A stretch of 64,000 nt of DNA from Lingula anatina (taxonomy: Eukaryota; Animalia; Brachiopoda), in NCBI GenBank assembly GCA_051362555.1, contig CM120642.1, positions 7,502,001-7,566,000 of the forward strand. Reading direction: 5' to 3'. Made by a program: the position numbers and the translations under genes. Under the pieces are notes generated by a model, which made no database searches, was not told the origin of the DNA, and saw only the letters and a list, made by a program, of their open reading frames with translations. Within the stretch, counting starts at the first letter, position 1. Every line of letters starts with the position of its first letter. Shown piece after piece: positions 54,551-64,000 of this stretch.

Positions 54551-57500
54551 ATGAATCAGAAAGCAGAACAGTTACAGAGCCGTGATTCTACGTTCGAGAA
54601 CCTCCAGGATATGTTTAAAGGGAGTGTTGAACCTGAAGTGATACACATGGTCCTCTCGGAGTATGAATGGAATGGTAGGGTTCATTATTTGTGTAGCTTT
54701 GACTAATTGTTGTACCAATACTCTAATTTGATATGCTCAGTACTATAGATACCCTTAATAATAATTATTTACTAATTTAGTAACAGACGCTTTAAGTTAA
54801 AACACCTGTTATTAAAATATAACATATTTTTGATGGTCAAGCTACATGTACCTAGACCATCATTTCTCCAAACAAATTCCAGCATAATAATATTTCTCTT
54901 CCTTCCCCCCCCCCCCCCTTTGGTCAAGCTGCCAGGACCATCAGTTCTCCAAATAAATTCCAAGGCAATGATGTGTCTCTATCCCTCAATCCCCCCCCCC
55001 CGAAACAAATATGTTTAAGTTACAAAGCATGTCCAGTTGCTGTTCTTCTCACCTCTGTACAGCTAGGTGAGCACAATTAAGGTACAGGAAAAACTGAGAA
55101 AATTTGAATTAGTTTTTATCTTCAGACCACCCCTGTCACTCACACGCACTGGTAGTGACTCATAACCTTCAAAAGACAATTGGTCATTCGTTGCTCACTC
55201 TCAGATAGCCAAAATGTACCCTCTATTATCAGTTTGGCAAATATTACAGGGAAAATGTGAAAAAGCCACCCTGTTATTTTTGGCCAGATGGAAGCAATTA
55301 AATCTACATGCAGATGGCATAGTATTGCTCTGTAGGGAGCTACTACAGCAGATGCCTCAGTTGACTTCAATCTGTAGTAACAAGCTATTCAGAAGGGACT
55401 ATTTTTATCTGTCACAAAAGAGCAAGTGATTAAAGTGCACACAACCTAGGTATTGAAACAGGTAGACATGAAAAAATTCCTCAAGCAGACAGAATTTGCA
55501 AAAAGTGTAATTCTGGGGAAATAGAAGATGAAATCCATTTCCTTGTGTCGTGCCCTCTTTATACAGATCTCCTATATGATCTTTATTCAGTGTACAAAAA
55601 ACAAGATAGTAACTTTGAGCATCTTACCAGAATGGATAAATTTATAACACTAATGACTGGTAAGAAGAATGAACAGATGATTGCTCTTGCCAAATATTTA
55701 TGGTTAGCCTTTCAAAAAAAGGGACTGTGCTGCACCCATTACCAACAAGTGTACTGGCTGTTGAGTAGGTAAAGCCACTTGGGCTCTGCCAATTATGTTT
55801 TGTATTTTTCTTACATATAGTCGTATCATTTCACTACTTGATATAATTCATACTTATTTATAAGTGCATTCCTATTGTACATTTTCATCTACACATGTAG
55901 ATGCATACAATACAATGAATAAAGAAAGAATATTAAATTCAGAGCAATTAACAGTCTTGATTGCTGTCAAGGGGACTTTGCTTGGGTCAGATAAGTGGCA
56001 GTGCCTAAGCAGATATGCAAACATTTGCCAACCATGTAATCAACCTAGAGATTTCAGCACAGGGTCAGAGATAGTAAAATGACTTTCTATTTGTCTAAAG
56101 GCATACCTGTGAATACCCTGTGAAAAGTCAATCTGTGGCCCTGGTAGAGGGTAGCCAAAATGGCAGTTCTTAATGTCTTGAAACCCCTTGCCTACAAAAA
56201 ATATTTTCCCTGTTGAAGATCAGTGGTAACTATCCCAACATTGGATTATTGTATTGTGTAAGTTTATCTTGGCATGAAACATTTTGTTACAACCAATGAT
56301 GACAATACCCATCCTAGAATATGTCGGCAAAATTTTTTGAAGGCCATCTGTTCATTTAAAGATCTTGGACCAATATGGCAGGTACAATATATATCAGTGG
56401 TAAAAATTTAAAAATTCCATTGGCCTTGAAAAATTCATCAGAAGACTATGTTTTGACAAGAAATCAGTTTCAGATCAGTCAAATTTTTTTGGGGTGGCAA
56501 ACAAAGCAACAAAAAGGGGTGTTTTAACTTCTAAAGTGTTTTTTATTGTACTTAGGCCACACTTTTTTATTTTTATGGATGACATCCTCTGGGGACCCGA
56601 AATCTGTGCCAGAGGGCGAGAAAAAAAAAAAAAAAACGTCCCAAAAAAAAAATACTGCCTTAGTAAAGGAATGCTGTCAGTACACAGCTGGAAACACAAA
56701 TTTATCACAGAAACGCGTATCAAACTAACAATATGTCTTTATCTATGCTCTCAAAATATTAAAGCATTGTGAATACTTCACAGAAATGTTTAAAAATCAT
56801 GCAAAGATATGCTTAATACTACCAAATCCATTAAAGGTCATTTCAGTCAAAGCTGTTTTGTCTACTTCGACTCGCACGAAGCAGCCAAACTGTCGGGTAG
56901 CCTGTCCGACCTTCAGCACACCAAATACCTTGACGCCTTTGTCGACCTTGTTTTCGCTACAAAAAAAAAAAAAAAAACTGGTACGTGCTGCTTTGGACAG
57001 AATGTCACTGAAAATTTCCAGGCAACAATCGCCAGCCTTTTGTATAATTGTAGAAAGGTGATATATCCATGCCCAATATCAATGGCATACCAATCCAAAA
57101 CGACGGCCCCCGTCCCCTTTATGACTTTAATTGTCGTGTAATTTGACAGCAATCCTAGAGATGACTTTGACAGTGTAGTGCCAGGGGCAGGTAGAACCGG
57201 CTGGATAGCTCAGGCGGTAGAGCACTCGCCCTGTTAGCGAGAGGTCCCGGGTTCGATTCCTGGTCTGGTCGGTGATTTTTCTGCACTCACCCCAAATCGC
57301 TACAGTGGTGGCAGCGGTGTTGCGAGATAGGGCTCACAGCTTTCGGCATTTGGGGGGGAGGAGTGTAGTGCCAAGGGCAGGTAGAACCGGCCGGATAGCT
57401 CAGGCGGTAGAGCAGTCGCCCTGTTAGCGAGAGGTCCCGGGTTCGATTCCTGGTCTGGTCGGTGATTTTTCTGCACTCACCCCAAATCGCTACAACAGCA

Positions 57501-59404
57501 AAGCCGCCACATTTCCACATGGCAATAATATGCATGTGCAGAAAACTCATTTTCTGGCAAATTCAATAACGGCGTTTGCGACAACCGACTTCGTTGGGGG
57601 TGATTTTTTTTTTTTTTTTTTTTTGGAGAGCGGTGCGCGCGCAGGACGCAGGAAGTCATCCATAAAAATTAAAAAGTGTGGCCTTATATTAAAATATAAT
57701 TGCTCACAGAGCAAAGTCAATGACTTGCAAATTATTAATAAATAATAAGTACTTTAAAATCGTAGAAACTTTAAAAAGCTCTTGATTAATATATTCAGTT
57801 TGTTCAGTTTATTCAGTTTGTTCATCAAATATTGTGAGAGCTGTATCTTATACCCCGTTCACACTACAGTTGCCAAAATGCGCATTTCTATAATTCGGAT
57901 TTTTCGTAAGGAATCCAATTCGGTATTGCGTTCACACTTGCTAAGCGAATCCGAATCCCACGTTGAAAATTTCAGGTTAAACTTCCTGTTTTGAACACTC
58001 GGGCATGCGCCGCACAGGAAATCTTAAAATATCAACAAAAATTTGTGACGACAAATGCAACTCAAAAGACATTCCAGCATTCTTGAGAAGTATAAGGTGG
58101 CAAAATAAGTTTGTTTCCTCATGTTGTAGTGAGTGGTGACCGCCAAATACGTTTGGTGCAATCGCTAAAGTAATAAACCAGCGTTCATAGATACCCGCAC
58201 TTATCTGCACACATGCGCAGTAAGATCTGTACAGGTGTCGATTCCGGTAAGTTATCCGGATCGCACTTAGAAATCCACCTCGCTTGCAGGATTTTGAAAA
58301 TGCGCATTTTCAAAATCCTCTTGCGTTCACACTACTGCATTTATTCGAATTGTGACCTAATTCGCAACTTATCCGGATAACTGAGCGTAGTGTGAACGGG
58401 GTATTAATTGTTTCGGCACATTTGATTACTTTGCTTTCTAATGAATACTGTGGGGCATAATGCTTTCTGGATTCCATATACTGCATTTTATTAAAGACTG
58501 TTGACTTAGGATGCTGGCCTGGTAATCAGGTGATTTCATATGGGGTGTGCTGTGTCTATAATACCTTTGGACTTGATATTTGTGTTTATTATTTGTACAA
58601 GGGACAGAAGTTTAATCACCTGCAAAGGATGCAACATATGTGGGCATATCTCTCTAGGCTTTTTTTTTTTTAAGATACAAGGTGACAAAATCTTTAGCCA
58701 TGTGACATAAAAAAAACTGTGACATTGAAAGTTATTGAAGAGTTCAATAAGACACTTCATTTCTCAATTTTGTGGTCCCTGCTCATTCCTCTTTTCAAGT
58801 TATCTGGTTAAGATATTTTTGTTGGAGTGACCTCACTCACCTGAAAAGAGCAGGTTTAATGGTTAAATCAAAGTGACAGTCATCTTTAAGTTATTGCAAA
58901 TTCATCTGAGACCTCCAGAGAACATCAGTTATTCAGATACTAAGAGGTACTAATTTTAAACTAAAGGATGATTAAGTTTGCTTCTTTCATTATTTTAGGG
59001 TCCCGACTGAAATGTTTTGCCTTATCATCAACCATTTTGACAGCCAATTGATTTGCACTTTGACTTCTATGCTGTGATTTATTATGCCTAGATATAATTG
59101 CCCTTTCTAGTGTGCAGCTTTTTATTGCTCATAATATAATGATTTCCCAACCGTATATTTGGGAATTAGAATACAGTTTAGAATTTTTATGTGTTAATTT
59201 ATTTAATATGTAGACACAGTATATACATTTACCTGGAAGAGTGGCAAAAGTGACATATATACCTCCAAATATTTTTCCATAACTGTAATTATTTTTCATG
59301 TCATTCACAAATTTGGTAGGTACCTCAGTGAGAAATAAGCATTGTTTATGGCACATTCAAAAGTGACTCTCGGCATGCTGACAGGGTGCATATCAGATAT
59401 GGCG

Positions 59405-59436
<32 letters not shown>

Positions 59437-62400
59437 TGTGATTTCCTATGCAAAAAGCATATCTACAGAAATGCAAAACAGGTGGTTTGATGTGGAAAAC
59501 TTTTAGCAAGAAGTTAAATATAGAAAAGGTTTCAAAGGCCACTCACATGTGTAGTAAACATTTTATAGGTGGATACGGACCCATCAGTAAGCAGGTACAA
59601 TCTGTCTTATAATTATAGTAGCTAATTGACAGTTGATCTGTTATTACTACTATAATTTATTTTTATTCAATAATAATTGTTGTCAAGGAAAAAGGTTCAT
59701 TAATCATTGGAAATAAAATAATAATAAGGTTATTGGGCACAAGGTAGATTTCTTCTCACTGTTAACTTTTGGACAACCTAATCAGAAGCCATATCACAGT
59801 GAATGTTGTCACTGACTGACTGCAATGTTGTCACTGACTGACTGCAATGTGGAATGGATTGTTGTCCTAATAAACATGATGTCTTTTAGTGACAAATAGG
59901 TTCAAGGCCCAGTCACTATAAAAATACTACATTCTACTCTATTGTAGGCTCTTGTGATTTCATCAACTTCACCAAGTTTCAGATAATTTTGCAGATCAGT
60001 AGCTAACTATTATCACTAAGAGTGCATTCCCAGAGATCGATCCATCTGGATCGACCTAACTCCCTGAGGGTTCACGTTAAATTGCTGTCAACCAAGCGCG
60101 CACGGCAGTTAATTACACCTTTTAGTAGACAGGACAGACATTTAAGCCAGTTAAGCTGACACCAATCTAGTGAGACTCCCCAGGGGGATAGATCGATCTA
60201 AATGTTTATGGGAATGGGATCTTACAGTGATGAATAGTGCACTTATCAATGTTGTAATCCTTACTAGTTTATGTCAGCTGGTGAGTTTGGTTTGACCATT
60301 ACATATACCTTTGCTCACCTGTTTAATCCTGAGATATATTTTTTCTCCAAAAGTTTAATTTGATCTTCTCCATTACACCTTTGTCGACAGCTGAAGTGTC
60401 TCTGCTATTCAAATAAGTGAATTAGTTGCCCAGTCAGAAAGGAAAAGTCAACGTATTGGCAATACAGCAATTTGTGTGATGTTCATGCACAGATCATTAT
60501 TTTGTCTTTTTCTTATGTCAAATTTTCTTGGTCAAAAATCTGTCAACATCAGGTAACCGTATATAATATTTCAGTATTAGCAAGTGGATATTTACATGGC
60601 GTTACAGTTAAAATTGTATGCTAAATGGAGATGTCAAAACTTGCATTGGCCTTGACTGTGCATCCATATTTCATGGCCATATGATACAGTTATGGTGGCT
60701 TTGCTGTAAAAATATCTTGCTGGCAATTTTCAATAACTGCTTGGATCAATTTATTTATAATGATAATATATGTATGTAGTCTATATGTACACACGTGGCC
60801 ATCTGTTTGAGCCTGCCTCTTTTAGGATTATCTATTTATTATTATTATTATTATTATTTTTTTTTTTTTTGGGGGGGGGGAGGGGGAGAGAGAGAGAGAA
60901 TTGCTGAATTTTCATAGATTCTGCATCCATTATATGACTGCCCTGTAAATTATCTATATTTTAGCCATCAGAGAGTGGTAGGTGAGGGATGCATTGCACT
61001 TTGCAGATCTATAAGCTCAGAGGGTATGGATGTCGTGAAGGAGTTGCACAATTGGCAAATGTATATAATACATGTACTATAAATATTTACTAGTACCTTT
61101 GCCTAGGAGGCTATGTTTTCATCTCATAGTCTCTTTGCCTCTTTGTCACCAGCCTAACTCAAAAACTTATGAATGATTTTGATTGACTTTCAGGATAGGT
61201 GATAAATGGGCTGACTTTACATTTGTTAGATTTTGGTCGTGATATATGATCCATGAATTTTTTATAGGATACTTCACCATTGCGACTTAGGGCCAATTTC
61301 GCTGACCCCTAAATCAGGAAAGGTGCTAATAGGTCACTGTGCAATGAATGTGCTTTCAACCACCAATCTTATTGATCAATTTATCAACTGTGCTAAGTCC
61401 TTGACGAAGGTCCAACTTGAGTGGACAAAATTTGACTGGAAACACGGAGTTAACAACTGAACCGCTTTTTATTGTAGCATTGTCCCATTATCATCCTTAT
61501 AAATATACGGCTGGTGGTACATGTGTGGGGACCACCCCCATCTCTCAGTGCCTCTATTTCATACAGGATGAATACTCTAATTTTCTCATTTTATTTAACC
61601 AAAGCAAATTATCTTTCGATATTTGGAAGTAATTTTTATATGCTATCCTTGGTAGGCTTAATATGGTCGGCTAAATGCGAGTTATTTATGTCATTAGGTT
61701 CATATGCCCTAGATATAAATTGCATGCTGATTATCAGGCAGCTATCATGTGCCACTACTGCTACACTGTAATGTGTTCCAAGGGTTTGCATGTACTGAAG
61801 TAAACCACAAAAAATCAATAAGTGGATGTTTATTACTTTCCAATGCTATTTCTGCTTGGTATAGTGCTTTTTGAATTATTGGTGAGAAATACTACTCTCT
61901 CGTGTGTATTGCACATTTTAGAAATCAGCCAAATCTTTTAAATATTGCAAATTTACTGCATCATCTGTGTACCTAGTAGAGCTAAGTAAGCTTAAAAAAT
62001 TTTCACCTTATATCAGGGGCTCATAACTCTATGACGAAAACATTTACACCAAAATGTTGGCACAGGATTGAAGACCATACACTTGTCTTCACCTATGCCA
62101 ATTTTATATTACTGGTGATCTATCTATCTATCTATCTTTTTTTGATGGATTTTAATTATATTTTGTCAGCACAAATGTAGATGCATTATTGAATAATAAC
62201 AGAGAGGAAAAACCTCATTTTCAGTATCTGGATGATCATTCACCCTAACAGTATCCTGAAACATTAACTGAGGAAGTCTGCTTGTAAAAGCAATTATTAC
62301 ACACAGTGTCCAGTGTTTAAATGATCAGTATCTTGATTCCTTAAGGAACAGGCTTTGTCCCATGACAACATTAACATACATAGTGTTCAGGATGTTACTC

Positions 62401-64000
62401 ACACAAAGACCTGATGTGGTTTTGTCTTTGGCTTTTATTATTATTATTATTTAATCAATTGTTTATAGCAGTCACTACCCTCTGTAAGTGAATCTAAGAA
62501 AGCAATTGTGTGACAGCACATTTTCGTGAATGAAGTCACTGCACATGCTAAGGAAAGGAAAGAGAGAAAAGTCTGATAGATATGGAGATTTTGTCTGAAT
62601 CGAAGAGATATGTCCCTAAATCAGGAGAGTCCCAACAAGATCAGGAGTGTTGAGGGGTTTGGATTGTCAAAAGTTGATTGTATAACCACTGTAATACATA
62701 GTCGTAACCCAATTGACTTCTCCTGGTGGGAAGTTTTCTTAGTGAGAACTGGTGCAGTGTTAGGCCACTGTAGATAAGACTTTATAATCCAAGGAGCATT
62801 TACTAGGACTAGTAAACAGACAGATGCATCTATTCCTGTCAGTCTACATTGCATCACTAGAAAACCAAAGCAGTTCATGGGTTACCAGCTATCGCACCAT
62901 CATTAAGTCAGTCTGAAATGGGTCTGAGAAGAGGACAGTCTAAAAAGATATACCACTGTGCCAAAGACTGCTTAATTACTAGTATGTCATTCATGCCTGT
63001 AGCCAGCAATTTCATTTTTTTTTTTTTGTGTGTGTGTGTGTGTGTGTGGGTGTGTGTGTGTGTGTGAAAAAGTGGACTTTTTAACTATAATGGCACAGGA
63101 AATTTTGACACAAAAGACACATTTTTCAAACCAAAATGACAGTGTATTATAACCCTTCCCGCCCCCCCCCCCCCCGCCCCCTTGCCTCCAGGCCCTAATT
63201 AATTGATATGTCTGACTGATACATGTATCTTAATACAGTATAGACCTTAATACAGTATAGAATCAGTCTGACTTCCTAGTTATGTCTGAATTGGCCTTTA
63301 TATATATATATATATATATAGGTTAGATCTAGGCTTATCAATAGAACAAGAATAATGCGGAACAGATGTTATTAAGTATGTATCTCCCATTGAATGGCCT
63401 TAGTGTATCAGTCGGGTTCAAATGATCTAGTATTCATCTGTGTCTGCGTGATTTGCCATGGAGGTTGTGTAAGTAACATCTTTATGTACTTTATTTGATT
63501 TGACAGAGGTGAAGTAATTTTATTTTTGTGTTGAATATGAGTTTGAGTGACATGTATAACAAAGGTAGTGACAAAATTTAATAATTGTGCTCCCAGGAAC
63601 CCAAACAAAACTCAGTTATGATTAATGGGTTATTGCATATTTACTGTGCCATGTCATAACCATATGATTTTGTTTGTTCCAGTTGAGCAAGCTGTAGAGG
63701 CTCTCTTCAATTTGTCCAGCACAACCTCCACCCCACCAAAAATAGCAGCAGCCTCTCCATTTAGGATGATAGCACAGTCCTTACAAAACTCAGAAGAAAG
63801 TCAAAAATCACAGCAATTGGAAAATTTCGAAGAGCAAAGCCTTCAGAACCACTGTAAACAAATAACTTCCGGGGATTTTTACCAAGATGACAGCTGGTCA
63901 ACCTCTGTGGTACCCTCAGAGGAGAGATCACATGGCAATTTAGACGAGTTGGATTCTTTTTTAAGCCCAGAGGGAGAGGTGTTGGCTTTTGACACATCGC
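54551..64000 (+). CDS. N4BP2: 5' part of a CUE-domain protein, probably NEDD4-binding protein 2 (runs off window end)
   Basis: Exon 54551-54674 MNQKAEQLQSRDSTFENLQDMFKGSVEPEVIHMVLSEYEWN has an in-frame TAG upstream and a phase-1 donor. It joins exon 63683 onward (V-EQAVEALFNLSSTT..), which is open to the window end. The spliced segment fits the CUE consensus and resembles the N4BP2 N-terminal CUE; position is head-to-head with PDS5. Kinase/Smr domains are not visible in this window. Confidence 0.75.
55340..55930 (+). mobile_element. Decayed non-LTR retrotransposon 3' end (RTEX-like, clade uncertain)
   Basis: Frameshifted peptides SAHNLGIETGR..KCNSGEIEDEIHFLVSCPLY (ORF2 C-terminal zinc-knuckle motif), then AATAAAGAAAGAA at ~55918. 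Confidence 0.7.
57199..57271 (+). ncRNA. tRNA-like Pol III unit within 5' LTR (pseudo-tRNA)
   Basis: 73-nt cloverleaf with A box TAGCTCAGGCGG, B box GGTTCGATTCC, anticodon stem CTCGC/GCGAG with non-canonical loop CCTGTTA, and a TTTTT terminator 4 nt downstream. Confidence 0.8.
57389..57461 (+). ncRNA. tRNA-like Pol III unit within 3' LTR (pseudo-tRNA)
   Basis: Second copy; acceptor stem GGCCGGA/TCTGGTC, same A/B boxes and T-run. Confidence 0.8.
57851..58403. mobile_element. MITE, PIF/Harbinger-like
   Basis: Perfect 17-bp TIR TACCCCGTTCACACTAC / GTAGTGTGAACGGGGTA, TTA TSD, internal GCGTTCACAC subterminal repeats. Confidence 0.88.
60020..60221. mobile_element. MITE family A copy 4 (N4BP2-like intron)
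   Basis: Same core and TIRs; flanks TAA/TTA. Confidence 0.82.
61088..61310 (+). mobile_element. Possible decayed Helentron-type non-autonomous element 5' end
   Basis: TACCTTTGCCTAGGAGGCTATGTTTTC..GTCTCTTTG..TAACTCAAAAACTTATGAATGATTTTGAT matches the general HINE 5' layout; no second copy in the window. Confidence 0.4.

Larger units (their letters stand above)
57174..57494 (+). mobile_element. TRIM (miniature non-autonomous LTR retrotransposon) with tRNA-derived LTRs, Helenus-like
   Basis: Two 131-bp direct repeats (57174-57304, 57364-57494; 3 mismatches) with TGTAG..CTACA ends. PBS TGGTGGCAGCGGTG at 57306 (complementary to the tRNA-Leu 3' end); PPT GGGGGGGAGGAG just before the second LTR; 59-bp internal region; 4-bp TSD ACAG (57170-57173, 57495-57498). 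Confidence 0.92.
56555..57683. mobile_element. Non-autonomous TIR element (PIF/Harbinger-like) hosting the TRIM
   Basis: ~29-bp imperfect TIR GGCCACACTTTTTTATTTTTATGGATGAC / GTCATCCATAAAAATTAAAAAGTGTGGCC, with TTA on both flanks. Confidence 0.8.

Noticed and set aside
54827-55000. Two ~90-bp imperfect repeats with poly-C; also short perfect duplications at 59802-59848 and 63228-63261
   Set aside because: Ordinary local slippage duplications in an intron; no coding or structural signal.
57199-57461. Two functional tandem tRNA genes (Asn-GTT or Thr-TGT)
   Set aside because: The anticodon loop CCTGTTA lacks U33 and purine 37 in register, and both copies lie within LTRs with PBS, PPT and TSD; treated as retroelement-borne pseudo-tRNAs.
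62560-62960. Possible extra N4BP2 exon or 85-aa minus-strand ORF
   Set aside because: No convincing splice sites or recognisable homology, and the CUE domain is complete without it.

Overview
AT-rich, intron-containing animal genomic DNA (probably an invertebrate bilaterian; lophotrochozoan-like repeats, species not identifiable from sequence alone). It holds a complete 23-exon CBP/p300 histone acetyltransferase gene (+, 13223-33140) converging with a complete cohesin regulator PDS5 gene (-, 52502-35847). PDS5 is head-to-head with the 5' end of a CUE-domain gene, most likely N4BP2 (+, from 54551). Two things stand out. (1) Divergent from CBP is an apparently intact three-exon chimeric 'mini-CBP' (-, 9650-5026; about 467 aa). 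It has a new start exon plus duplicated ZZ, altered TAZ2 and NCBD modules, but no HAT, bromo or KIX domain, and shares a ZNF143-motif/CpG-rich promoter region with the parent. (2) A 321-bp TRIM retroelement (57174-57494) has 131-bp LTRs that each contain a tRNA-like Pol III unit, with tRNA-Leu PBS, PPT and 4-bp TSD, nested in a MITE. Also present: a 2.9-kb Helentron/HINE-type element with a 146-bp satellite in CBP intron 12, several PIF/Harbinger-like MITE families, LINE remnants and microsatellites. Exon coordinates were read by eye and have not been checked against transcripts.
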